Shown here: positions 1 to 8,879 of the stretch, piece after piece
Numbering within the stretch: position 1 is the stretch's first letter
Layout: each line of letters starts with the position of its first letter
NCBI GenBank assembly: GCA_044359535.1
Contig: JBIKLZ010000013.1
Location: forward strand, 1-24,710
Direction: 5' to 3'
DNA from: Chlamydiia bacterium
GTDB lineage: Bacteria > Chlamydiota > Chlamydiia > Chlamydiales > 2-12-FULL-49-11
Length of the DNA stretch: 24,710 nt
The notes under the pieces: generated by a model
Told to the model about the DNA's origin: nothing
What the model saw: the letters and a program-made list of their open reading frames with translations, nothing else
Database searches by the model: none
Position numbers and translations under genes: made by a program

Positions 1-1014
1 TTTTACAACTCGGTTTCTTATCAAAGAAAGGGGTTCATCTCTATAAAAACTTAGATCTTCAAGGAGTTCAACTCTATTTAATGCCCCCCAATATTTTCCA
101 AAAAAGGTTTTCTTTTTCTCCATTTCTTCAAAAGTTCCAAGAACATCCCCTAATGCTAAACCTTTATAAAAAAAGCGGTAAATCTGAAATTCTTCATCTA
201 AAATATGTAGCTCTTTACATCCATGGAAACGACAGGCTATTTCCCCATCTTGAACCTTTCTTAAATCAAGCAATACCCCTTTTATGGTTTTGCCATAAAA
301 TGAAACCTTTTCTAATAACTCTTTTGTCACATGCCCTTTAAGAAAAAGTGGGGCACGATCTTCTATAGCCCCTAGTTTTTCATTGAATAATGGGTCTGTA
401 TTATCTAAAAAAACAAAAGGTGCGTTTTCTTCAGGAAAAAAAATCGGTATGTGATACATTTTTGCTGCAGAGAGATTTTTTGTCGCAACCGCCCCCCCAA
501 TATAGCCACTTTTTTCATCACCTCCAAAGTGCTCTTTACCACAATTAAAGCTATTTTCTATGCAAATCACTCCTGGAGCTATAAAAGAAGCTAGTTTTTC
601 TACCTCTGTTGCAACTTGGATTTGTCTTGGTAAAACATTTTGAATCCATTTTTTAAAAAAAGGGAGGACAACAGCTTTTCCAACAACTTTTATAATCGGT
701 TCATTAGGAAAAAAAAAAGACCCTTCTTTAGGGGCTTTTATCTTAAGATCATAAGTTAGAGATGAAAGAAACTTTATAAAGAGATCAGGAAATATAAGCT
801 TTCCCTGAGACCCTTGCAATCCATGAAGGTAAAAAAGCTCTTCATCTGAAAACACCCTTTTATCTAAATAATGAACAATGGATGAAGAACCTAAGAAGAT
901 CAAAGGCTGTTTCTGATTTTTTGCCGCAAAGGAAATTGAAAAATGGACCGTTTTTTCGCACTCATTTTTTTTCCATAGGGAAAAAACCTCTTGTAATTCT
1001 GTAATACCCAACAT
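1..1014 (-). CDS. pncB: Nicotinate phosphoribosyltransferase (PncB)-like protein, strongly degenerate; 3' end lies outside the window
   Basis: Not in the ORF track. Manual translation gives an uninterrupted minus-strand frame from ATG 1014 to position 1 (338 codons; upstream in-frame TAG at 1033-1035). MLGITELQEVFSLWKK...FSDEELFYLHGLQGSQGKLIFPDLFIKFLSSLTYDLKIKAPKEGSFFFPNEPIIKVVG...QIQVATEVEKL...GYIGGAVATKNLSAAKMYHIP...EPLSLIRNRV is collinear with NAPRTase motifs (F-x3-DLxYL, EGxxxFPxEPxxxV, xIATK, AYIGGxxATSNxxAGxxYGIP). Confidence 0.8.
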   Translation of the reverse strand, partial: MLGITELQEVFSLWKKNECEKTVHFSISFAAKNQKQPLIFLGSSSIVHYLDKRVFSDEELFYLHGLQGSQGKLIFPDLFIKFLSSLTYDLKIKAPKEGSFFFPNEPIIKVVGKAVVLPFFKKWIQNVLPRQIQVATEVEKLASFIAPGVICIENSFNCGKEHFGGDEKSGYIGGAVATKNLSAAKMYHIPIFFPEENAPFVFLDNTDPLFNEKLGAIEDRAPLFLKGHVTKELLEKVSFYGKTIKGVLLDLRKVQDGEIACRFHGCKELHILDEEFQIYRFFYKGLALGDVLGTFEEMEKKKTFFGKYWGALNRVELLEDLSFYRDEPLSLIRNRVVK

Positions 1015-1068
1015 CTTTGATTCACTCTTATTCTATAAAGATCCAATTCTTAATCGATAAAGAAGGTG

Positions 1069-1428
1069 TTAATAGCTTGGGCTTTTAATCACGTCCTTTC
1101 TTTCTTTGTTAAGAAGATCGATCTGCTCTTGAATTTGATCAGCGATTCTATCATACTCATCGGCAGATTTCCAACACTTTTGTGCTGTAATTAACCCATC
1201 TGTTTGTGAGGAAAATTGAAGTCTATCGCCTAAACTTCTCACCCTTGATGCTTTAGCTAGGTAATATTCTTTAAGTTCTTTTAAAGATTGAATTTGTGAA
1301 TCAATCATCATCACATCTATTTCTTGCTGCGTCTCTTTTGCTTGATGTAAAGATCCTTTAGTTATTCCATAAACACTGTTTGTAGCGAACAAAAACATAC
1401 ATCCAACTAAAAAAAGTTTTTTCTTCAT
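1069..1428 (-). CDS. Small secreted coiled-coil hypothetical protein (Sec signal peptide)
   Basis: 119 aa; MKKKLFLVGCMFLFATNSVYG signal peptide; mature part is a heptad-rich helical hairpin; ATGA overlap with the upstream gene's stop (1425-1428). Confidence 0.8.
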   Translation of the reverse strand: MKKKLFLVGCMFLFATNSVYGITKGSLHQAKETQQEIDVMMIDSQIQSLKELKEYYLAKASRVRSLGDRLQFSSQTDGLITAQKCWKSADEYDRIADQIQEQIDLLNKERKDVIKSPSY

Positions 1429-1754
1429 TTTTCTCTCATTGCAGGTTCTTGAGCTTTTAACTCTTTGATTGCTTCTTGATTTTCTTTGATTTTTCTTTCA
1501 TACAGAGATATTTTATCATTGACTCTTCGTACTTCACTCATATTTCTAGATTGTAACGATTGGATCGATTTTTTCTTTTCCCTTTCAATAGCAGCTTGAT
1601 AAAGTTTGATTTGATTCTCGTGATAGGCTATTTTTTCATCAAAACTGTCATATTTAGCCTCTTGCACACCTTTAGCTTCTTTTTCAAAAAAAGAACAACC
1701 CCCACTGACTAAAGTGGTTAAAAAAAAGACTAAAGATAAAAAAAATTTAACCAT
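1425..1754 (-). CDS. Putative lipoprotein with coiled-coil helical hairpin
   Basis: Start reassigned from 1850 to ATG 1754: MVKFFLSLVFFLTTLVSGG|C gives a signal peptide with a lipobox-like Cys and removes the overlap with the divergent gene's promoter. An alternative in-frame ATG lies at 1769. Confidence 0.7.
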   Translation of the reverse strand: MVKFFLSLVFFLTTLVSGGCSFFEKEAKGVQEAKYDSFDEKIAYHENQIKLYQAAIEREKKKSIQSLQSRNMSEVRRVNDKISLYERKIKENQEAIKELKAQEPAMREK

Positions 1755-1755
1755 A

Positions 1756-1765
1756 CCCCCCCCCC
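1756..1765 (-). repeat. G10 homopolymer (C10 on +) immediately upstream of the lipoprotein start
   Basis: Minus strand reads ATGA-GGGGGGGGGG-T-ATG. Confidence 0.9.
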
Positions 1766-1817
1766 TCATAAAATGACTCATACAAAATAGATCGATTTGT
1801 GCAAGAAAAAAATCCCC

Positions 1818-1846
1818 CTGCATTTTTATCCCCTTTATGGTACGAT
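1818..1846 (+). promoter_or_regulatory. Putative sigma66/sigma70 promoter with extended -10, for the CT021-like gene
   Basis: CTGCAT-N17-TACGAT, with TG at 1838-1839 (TGgTACGAT); ATG follows at 1857. Confidence 0.45.
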
Positions 1847-1856
1847 CCACTTATCT

Positions 1857-2870
1857 ATGAGAACCATCCTTATATCTTTGATTTTTTGTTTTTTCCAATC
1901 CCTTTATGGGGTTGTTTTTAAAGATATTTTTTCAAAAGGAGAGGTGGGGGACTACAGTGTCTATCAAAATGGAAGCTCTGTAACCATTTTACACATCCAT
2001 TCTAAAGAGCTCCCCTTTATTACTTTTGAGGAAATCACCCTCCCTAAGGAGGTCTACACAAACGTTAATGGAATGGATCTAAATACCTATCTTCAAAAAA
2101 TGGCCCCTTTTTCCACTTCTTGGACCCTTATGGAAATAGATACTTCCACCCTTAATATCACCTCCACCTATTGCTTTCTCCGTAAAGCTCACCTTGTTCT
2201 CAACAAAGAGGACACCCTTATTTCCTCTCTCCTTAGTTTAGATCTCTCCCCAGTTGCCGATCAACACCTTGCAAGAACTGGCCCTAGGGCGGCCTCAAAA
2301 GTTGATGAGCGCCCCATTTGGATCCCTTCAATGGTTGTCGATGGGAAAAAGCACTCTCCTAAAACTGTTGATGTCTATGCAGGAAGGTGGGCAAAAGATT
2401 CTTCTCCCCTTTCTGAAAAAGGGATTGAATTATATATTTTAAACCACTTCCCTTTCCCCTATTGGATTCAAGTTCATGGCGATTTAGGTTCAAAAAAGAT
2501 GATTTCCATTGATTCAGGGCATCACCTTGTCTCTCCCATCACAAAGGTTCCCACCCTCCCCCCATCTTTTATCTCCCCTCTTGAAAAGTGGAATAATGAT
2601 CATGAAACATTTTCATTTCTTATTAAAGGAAATAAAAACCTTGAAAATTACACCGTCTATGCATTGGAGGTGACTAAAGAAAAGCCAAAACTCATCCATT
2701 TAGAGTCTACATTTCACACACTAGATACCCATATATTAAAATTTGATATTTATAGAAATGTTCTTTCAAAGGCTTTAACCCCTGGTAAAACCTACCGTCT
2801 TACCCTCTCTTATGACTGCGATGGTCAAATTCATTCTATCACTTCCAAAGATATAATCCATTGGAAATAA
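1857..2870 (+). CDS. Conserved chlamydial exported hypothetical protein (CT021-like)
   Basis: Start reassigned to ATG 1857 (MRTILISLIFCFFQSLYG signal peptide). Motifs GDYxV, EEITLP, WxPxxxxDG, WxxDxSPLS, FPYWI. Sits directly upstream of lepB, like CT021 next to CT020 (lepB) and CT019 (ileS) in Chlamydia trachomatis, as recalled. Confidence 0.75.
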   Translation: MRTILISLIFCFFQSLYGVVFKDIFSKGEVGDYSVYQNGSSVTILHIHSKELPFITFEEITLPKEVYTNVNGMDLNTYLQKMAPFSTSWTLMEIDTSTLNITSTYCFLRKAHLVLNKEDTLISSLLSLDLSPVADQHLARTGPRAASKVDERPIWIPSMVVDGKKHSPKTVDVYAGRWAKDSSPLSEKGIELYILNHFPFPYWIQVHGDLGSKKMISIDSGHHLVSPITKVPTLPPSFISPLEKWNNDHETFSFLIKGNKNLENYTVYALEVTKEKPKLIHLESTFHTLDTHILKFDIYRNVLSKALTPGKTYRLTLSYDCDGQIHSITSKDIIHWK

Positions 2871-2890
2871 AATAAAATCAGTGTTACACT
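2861..2890 (+). promoter_or_regulatory. Putative sigma66 promoter for lepB (extended -10)
   Basis: TTGGAA(2861)-N18-TACACT(2885), preceded by TGt; the ATG is 7 nt downstream and there is no SD. Confidence 0.45.
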
Positions 2891-2897
2891 CATTTAT

Positions 2898-4838
2898 ATG
2901 AAAAAAATCTCTTTAAAGAAAAGTGTCTCTATATTTACTCATGCCTGCTCAGAGTACAAGAAAAATAAACCCCTTCTTAGTTCTACTACTTCTTCTGAAA
3001 TTGAACAAAGACTTAGCAGCCTCAAAGAAGCTCTTAGCAAAAAAGATAGACTTGAAAGTTCAAAACAGGCTTTATTTCTTGAAAAACTTTTAAAAGAGCA
3101 TATCCCCTTATCCTCATTTAAAAAAATTTTAATAAGCATCTCTAGTTTTTGTGTCGCTTTATTTTTTGCAATCATTATTAGACAAACCGTTTTTGAACCA
3201 ATGGAAATCCCCACTGGATCGATGAGACCCACTTTTAGAGAAAATGATAGAGTCATTATTTCAAAAGGACAATTTGGGATCAACGTTCCATTGATGGCCA
3301 ATCACTTTTCTTTTGATCCTGATGCAATGAAAAGGATGGGCACAGTTGTTTTTACTGCTGAAGGATTAGATCTTCCAAATATTCATATCAAACATTTTGG
3401 AATATTTCCAGGGGTGAAAAAATTTGTTAAACGGACAATTGGCCTTCCTCAAGACCGTCTTTATTTCTATGGGGGAAAAATTTATGGAATAGATAAAGAG
3501 GGTAATGATATCTCCCCCCTTCTTCAAAAAGATTTTTTATCCCATATTGAGCACATCCCCTTCATCTATATTGGGGGAAAAATTGTTGGTGGCAATCTCA
3601 TAAAGCCTCATCAAAACATTCCCTCTGTAACTATAGAGCAAAATCATATTCCCATTTCTGTTTTAAAAGCTGTAGGAAGAAATGATGTGGTTGGATCCCT
3701 TTTAGTCGATGGAGTAACCGATGTTCACCAATTATGGGGGATGGGTAATTACGCCATGGCAAGAATTGTCCCGAAAGAAAATTTGTATTTTTCTAATGAG
3801 ACTCTCCCTCTATTGATCGGTTCAGTTGGGGTGAACTACTATTTAGAAATCACTCACCACCCTTCTATTTACGGAGCTAAACAAATCGACGACTACAGAG
3901 GGGCAAGACGTCCAGAGCTTGGAAAAAGCATTTCCTACATCCCTTTAGATAGAGCCACTCTTGAAAAAATCTGGGAAAACCTTTATACCTCAAGATTTAA
4001 CACAAATAAAGGCTATCTTGAGCACTTTGGAAAAACCTATGAAAGCCCCTTTCAATATAAAGATCGCCCCTTCATAAAAGGGTCTATTGAGGAGGGTTCC
4101 TATGAGTTTATTGATGGGATCGCCTATAAAGTCCAATTTCAAAATCACCCCTTTTCAATGATTCCTTCTTTAGCCATTCCAAAAAAAATCGAAGAAAATC
4201 ACCCCTTCACCACATTTTCTGAAGAAAACTGTATGATCCTATACAATACAGGGATTGAACAAAGTTCTTTTATTGCTCATAACACCCATATGGGTCTAGC
4301 TCCTTCAAGATATGCCTACTTTAGAGATGGGGATTTTTATTTAATGGGAAAAAAGATTTTAGAAAAAAGCGATCCTCTCTTAGTGGATTTTATTAAACGT
4401 GAGCAAGAAATCGCTCTTGTAAACTCAGCCTATGTCCCCTTTATAGATTCTTTACCTCCCCTTCTTCCTGACGGTACATTAGATAAAGAAAAGATCATGA
4501 AATATGGCCTTTTAGTCCCAAAAAATCACTACTATATGCTTGGGGATAATCATGCCAATAGTGGCGATAGTAGAGAATTTGGTTTTGTTCATGAAAAGGC
4601 TATTCAAGGGGTGGCAAGCTTCCTCATCTGGGGCCCTGGAGGTAGATTTGGGAGTCCTTTGCAAGAAGCCTATCCATGGTTTACCTTACATAAGATTTTT
4701 GTGTGGACAATCCTTCTTCTAGGAATTTTTATCTATTACATCCGTCAACATAGAAAGTTTCATCTTTTAAAAAATCAGCCTTTGTCTTACTTTATTGAGA
4801 AAAAGCGCACCCTTTTACAAAAAATCATCGTTTCATAA
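2898..4838 (+). CDS. lepB: Signal peptidase I, long chlamydial type
   Basis: Catalytic Ser box IPTGSMRPT, Lys box KFVKRTIG, box E GDNHANSGDSREFG; N-terminal TM, about 350 aa between the Lys box and box E, and a C-terminal TM. Confidence 0.95.
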   Translation: MKKISLKKSVSIFTHACSEYKKNKPLLSSTTSSEIEQRLSSLKEALSKKDRLESSKQALFLEKLLKEHIPLSSFKKILISISSFCVALFFAIIIRQTVFEPMEIPTGSMRPTFRENDRVIISKGQFGINVPLMANHFSFDPDAMKRMGTVVFTAEGLDLPNIHIKHFGIFPGVKKFVKRTIGLPQDRLYFYGGKIYGIDKEGNDISPLLQKDFLSHIEHIPFIYIGGKIVGGNLIKPHQNIPSVTIEQNHIPISVLKAVGRNDVVGSLLVDGVTDVHQLWGMGNYAMARIVPKENLYFSNETLPLLIGSVGVNYYLEITHHPSIYGAKQIDDYRGARRPELGKSISYIPLDRATLEKIWENLYTSRFNTNKGYLEHFGKTYESPFQYKDRPFIKGSIEEGSYEFIDGIAYKVQFQNHPFSMIPSLAIPKKIEENHPFTTFSEENCMILYNTGIEQSSFIAHNTHMGLAPSRYAYFRDGDFYLMGKKILEKSDPLLVDFIKREQEIALVNSAYVPFIDSLPPLLPDGTLDKEKIMKYGLLVPKNHYYMLGDNHANSGDSREFGFVHEKAIQGVASFLIWGPGGRFGSPLQEAYPWFTLHKIFVWTILLLGIFIYYIRQHRKFHLLKNQPLSYFIEKKRTLLQKIIVS

Positions 4839-4841
4839 AAC

Positions 4842-7800
4842 TTAGACAATTTTAGAGATATTTAAGTGGATCTTTTCGTCATTAATCTCTACTTTTTCTC
4901 CAAAGCACTCTTGGGTAAACAAAATATTCTGAGCTAAAACCTCATGAGAGATAAACCCTTTATGCATCTTAAGGGCTTTTTCTATTTTTTCTGTCTTTGA
5001 AAGAAACACTTCGATACGATCAACGATGTCAAAATCTAACCCCTTTCTCATCGTATTGATTCTATTGATCAACTCTCTAGCAATCCCTTCAAGCTCAAGC
5101 TCTTCAGTAATCTCTGTTTCTAAGGCAACAACAATTCCCTCATCAGTTGTTGCAACAAGCCCCTCTTGAATGAGCCTTTCTAATTCAATATCCTCGACAA
5201 GAAGTTTGTATCGATCCTCTCCAAGGGGAATAAACACATCCCCTCCGTTAATGAGGGTATCATAATCCGATTTATCAAGATGATCAATAGCTGTCTTACA
5301 CTCATTCATCCACTTACCCACTTTTTTACCCAACACCCTAAAGTTTGGTTTAAGGCGGTAGCGAACAAACTTTAACTCATCACTTTCTATAATCATTTCT
5401 TTGACATTTAACTCTTCACAAATTAAATGGCTCTGCCTTTTTAAGGCATCAATCAGATCAGCTTGTTGTGAAATAACAAAAACTTTAGAAAGGGGCTGTC
5501 TTACTTTTAACCGGTGTTCTTTTCTAAGACAGTGACCTAAATTCACAACCACCTGTGCCGTATCCATTTCTTTTTCGATCAAAAGATCTCGAACCTCTTC
5601 ATCATAGCGGGGAAAATCTGTCATGTGAACCGATAAAGGCATCTTTTCTCTTCTTAATTCTTGGTAAATTGCCTCTGTGATAAAAGGGATAAATGGGGCC
5701 GAAAGTTTCACAAACAGTAAAAGGACTGAATATAAAGTTTCAAAAGCCTCTCTTCTATCTTGGGTATTTTCATCTGCCCAAAATCTTGTCCTTGATCTTC
5801 GAATATACCAATTGGTCAGCTCCTCAATAAATAAAGAGATTGGCTCTATAGCCCTATCCAGACAATAGCTATCCATCCCCTCTTTTACTTCCCCAATAAG
5901 TTTTTGAGCTTTTGAAAGGACCCATCTGTCAATATCAGCTTTTGGGCGAGAAAACATTTCATCTGTTGGGATCCATCCATAAATGGAGGCATAGGTGGAT
6001 AAAAATGCATAACAATTCCATAGCGGAATAATAATGCCCCTTAAAGTCCCCTCCACCCCTTTTTCTGAAAAGTTGAAATCCTCACCCCTCACTAAAGGGC
6101 TGTGAAGTAAATAAAGACGCACCGCATCGGCCCCTAATTTTTCCATCACCTCTTTAGGCTCTGGGTAATTTTTTAACCTTTTTGACATTTTATGCCCATC
6201 TTCAGCAAGGACAATGCCATTGACTATCACATGAGTAAAGGCAGGTTTATCAAAAAGGGCTGTAGATAAAACATGTAAAGTGTAAAACCACCCCCGTGTC
6301 TGATCAAGACCTTCAGCAATAAAATCGGCAGGAAAGTTCTTCATCGTTTTTTCTTTGTTTTCAAATGGATAGTGATTTTGGGCATAAGGCATCGACCCAG
6401 ACTCAAACCAACAGTCAAACACTTCAGAAATTCTTTTAAATTTCTTTCCATCTTCTTCAAAAGTTAACTCATCAATATACTGTCTATGAATATTATTGAT
6501 TTCATCACTTTGTGTCCTTTCCTCTAATTCTTTTATTGAACTGATAATCCTAATGTCCCCATCTTCACTTCTCCAAATGGGGATAGGGGTCCCAAAATAT
6601 CGGTTTCTACTAATAGCCCAATCCCTAGCGTTTTCAAGCCAATTTCCAAATCTCCCCTTCTTAATATGCCCTGGAACCCAATGAATCAATCTATTATTTT
6701 CAATCATCCTTTCTTTAATTTTTTCTACAGCTACAAACCATGTAGTGACTGCACGATATATCAACGGCTTATCTGTTCTCCAGCAATAAGGGTAGCGATG
6801 CCGAATGGTTGTATGCTGAAAAATTTTCCCTTCCCCTTTTAAACATCTAAGTATTTCTTTATCGGCATCTTTAACAAACAGCCCCTCAAAATCCTTTACC
6901 TGATCAGTAAAATTACAGTTAACATCCAATGGACAGACAAGCTCAATCCCCGCTTTCTGACAAAGATAAAAGTCATCTTCTCCAAAAGCCGGTGCCAAAT
7001 GAACAATCCCTGTTCCATCAGAAAGAGAGACAAAATCTCCTGCTAAAATTTTAAAAGAATTCTTTTGAGTCGAAAAATAGGTAAACAACGGTTCATAGGA
7101 TTTGCCTATAAGTTCTTTTCCAAAAAACTCTTCTTTAATAAGGTACTCATTTTCATCCTTGTAATAGGATAAAAGTCTTTGCTTTGCAAGGATATAATCC
7201 TCTTCTGTATCCTTATCATGAATCCGTACGTAGAGTTCATTTGGAGCTAAAGCTAAGGCTAAATTAGAGGGCAAAGTCCAAGGGGTTGTTGTCCATACAA
7301 GAAGGTGGGTGTTTCCCCCTTGCAACCTAAATTTAAGTGTTACTGAAGGGTCATCCACCTCACGATAATTTAAATTCATCTCAAAATTTGAAAGGGGGGT
7401 TCCAAGAGCTGGGGAATAACCCATCACCTTAAACCCTTCATAAATAAGCCCCTTTTTCCAAAGCTCTCCAAAAACCCACCACACCGACTCCATAAAGGGT
7501 AAATCCATTGTGTGATAGGTTTCATCAAAATCAACAAATCTCCCCATTTGCTCAACTGTGTGTCTCCACTCACTTGAGTATCTAAGAACTATCTTTCGAC
7601 ACTCCTCATTAAATCGCGCTATTCCAAACTCTTCAATTTGAGCAGCACTTTTAAACTTATGTTCTTTTTCAATTTCATTTTCAATGGGCAAACCATGACA
7701 ATCCCAACCAAATCTCCTTGGAACAAAAAAACCTTCCATTGTCTTATAACGGGCGACCACATCCTTAATCGTTCCAGCTAAAATATGGCCATAATGGGGC

Positions 7801-7952
7801 AACCCTGTGGCAAACGGAGGTCCATCATAAAAGACATAATTTTCATGATCTTTTCTATTTTCCAAAGATTTTTTAAATATGTGATGTTCTTTCCAAAACT
7901 CTAATATCGTTTTTTCTATCTCTGGAAGACTTCTTTTATCTTTCTTGAACAT
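4842..7952 (-). CDS. ileS: Isoleucine--tRNA ligase (IleRS2, eukaryote-like type)
   Basis: FYDGPPFATGLPHYGH (HIGH), GWDCHGLPIE, WTTTPWTLPSN editing domain, DGTGIVHLAP, EGLDQTRGWFY, KMSKR; no C-terminal zinc finger of the IleRS1 type. Probable start is ATG 7952 rather than TTG 7976. Confidence 0.97.
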   Translation of the reverse strand: MFKKDKRSLPEIEKTILEFWKEHHIFKKSLENRKDHENYVFYDGPPFATGLPHYGHILAGTIKDVVARYKTMEGFFVPRRFGWDCHGLPIENEIEKEHKFKSAAQIEEFGIARFNEECRKIVLRYSSEWRHTVEQMGRFVDFDETYHTMDLPFMESVWWVFGELWKKGLIYEGFKVMGYSPALGTPLSNFEMNLNYREVDDPSVTLKFRLQGGNTHLLVWTTTPWTLPSNLALALAPNELYVRIHDKDTEEDYILAKQRLLSYYKDENEYLIKEEFFGKELIGKSYEPLFTYFSTQKNSFKILAGDFVSLSDGTGIVHLAPAFGEDDFYLCQKAGIELVCPLDVNCNFTDQVKDFEGLFVKDADKEILRCLKGEGKIFQHTTIRHRYPYCWRTDKPLIYRAVTTWFVAVEKIKERMIENNRLIHWVPGHIKKGRFGNWLENARDWAISRNRYFGTPIPIWRSEDGDIRIISSIKELEERTQSDEINNIHRQYIDELTFEEDGKKFKRISEVFDCWFESGSMPYAQNHYPFENKEKTMKNFPADFIAEGLDQTRGWFYTLHVLSTALFDKPAFTHVIVNGIVLAEDGHKMSKRLKNYPEPKEVMEKLGADAVRLYLLHSPLVRGEDFNFSEKGVEGTLRGIIIPLWNCYAFLSTYASIYGWIPTDEMFSRPKADIDRWVLSKAQKLIGEVKEGMDSYCLDRAIEPISLFIEELTNWYIRRSRTRFWADENTQDRREAFETLYSVLLLFVKLSAPFIPFITEAIYQELRREKMPLSVHMTDFPRYDEEVRDLLIEKEMDTAQVVVNLGHCLRKEHRLKVRQPLSKVFVISQQADLIDALKRQSHLICEELNVKEMIIESDELKFVRYRLKPNFRVLGKKVGKWMNECKTAIDHLDKSDYDTLINGGDVFIPLGEDRYKLLVEDIELERLIQEGLVATTDEGIVVALETEITEELELEGIARELINRINTMRKGLDFDIVDRIEVFLSKTEKIEKALKMHKGFISHEVLAQNILFTQECFGEKVEINDEKIHLNISKIV

Positions 7953-8110
7953 ATCTAGTTTTTTAACTCCAATCAATTGATTTAAGATAAAAGATACCAG
8001 AAATTATTTATTCTTGAAAGTTCTTATTTATTCAAGGTTTTTTACACTTCTTGTCCCACAAAGTGTTAGGCTTAAAGATTTCGATTGTTTATCAAAATGG
8101 ACAAAGGAGG

Positions 8111-8851
8111 CTAAGATAGCTGCTCTCTACAGATCGGGCAAGAAAGGGGGGTATTCATTAAATTTTGTTGATTTGCCCACCTCTGCATACACTCATAATG
8201 AAAAACATGTTCAATATTATTATTTGATAGATGACTAAAAGTTTCTTCCTTTTGTGGAATTGTATCACAACAAATAGTGCAAAACCCCTCTTTTGATTCT
8301 AAAAGCCCCCTCCCTTTAATGAGGGTAGGGTTTCTATCCAAACCTCTTATTCTAATTTTTTCTGAGATCTCAAAAAGAGCTCTTTTAATATTTTGCCTCC
8401 CTATAACACGTTCAGGATGTTCTCGAGTAAAGGCAATTTCTTCCCTAATAACTTCTATTCCACATTGTCGATAAGGATCGTGCTCAAGAGAGTTTTGTAT
8501 ATCGATTAAAAGTCCCTCCAACACCTCTATATAGGTTTCATCTTTTTTAAAAAACCTCCCAATTAAAGCAACGGCAGCAAAAAAAAGACACATCATACCG
8601 GTTGCATAAATACAGACAGTTATCCCACTTGTTAAAGCTTGCATTCCTGAAAAAAACATTTCGTAAACACTTAATACTTCTATAGATTGAAGTGAACTTA
8701 TGTTAAATGCAAGATTTTGAAAGGCGACATTTCTAAAAAAACCAAAGAAAAGTCCTTGTATCGTTTTCCTAATAGGCCCAATAGCATTCAAGCCATCTGA
8801 CGTGGTTGACACAAACGATAAATTCTCCCCCACCCTCATTAATTGACTCAT
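8111..8851 (-). CDS. Membrane-anchored RING-H2-variant protein, putative E3 ubiquitin ligase effector
   Basis: C-terminal CTIC...H...HVFHYECMQRW...CPICR; central hydrophobic helix ITVCIYATGMMCLFFAAVALIG followed by RFFKK; probable ATG at 8851 (the track uses TTG 8857). Confidence 0.8.
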   Translation of the reverse strand: MSQLMRVGENLSFVSTTSDGLNAIGPIRKTIQGLFFGFFRNVAFQNLAFNISSLQSIEVLSVYEMFFSGMQALTSGITVCIYATGMMCLFFAAVALIGRFFKKDETYIEVLEGLLIDIQNSLEHDPYRQCGIEVIREEIAFTREHPERVIGRQNIKRALFEISEKIRIRGLDRNPTLIKGRGLLESKEGFCTICCDTIPQKEETFSHLSNNNIEHVFHYECMQRWANQQNLMNTPLSCPICREQLS

Positions 8852-8879
8852 TTCCAAAAGATTTTTTTATCCTGTTCTT

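Noticed and set aside
81-341. 86-aa plus-strand ORF from the track
   Set aside because: Antisense shadow of the longer PncB-like frame on the minus strand.
1755-1856. Overlapping N-terminal extensions of ORFs 1425..1850 and 1797..2870
   Set aside because: Downstream ATGs (1754 and 1857) give proper signal peptides and leave a divergent promoter region.
8044-8066. Hairpin ACACT-TC-TTGT-CCC-ACAA-AGTGT between the RING stop and the ileS promoter
   Set aside because: Followed by A-rich, not U-rich, sequence in the direction of transcription; too weak to call a terminator, and no T-box features are visible.
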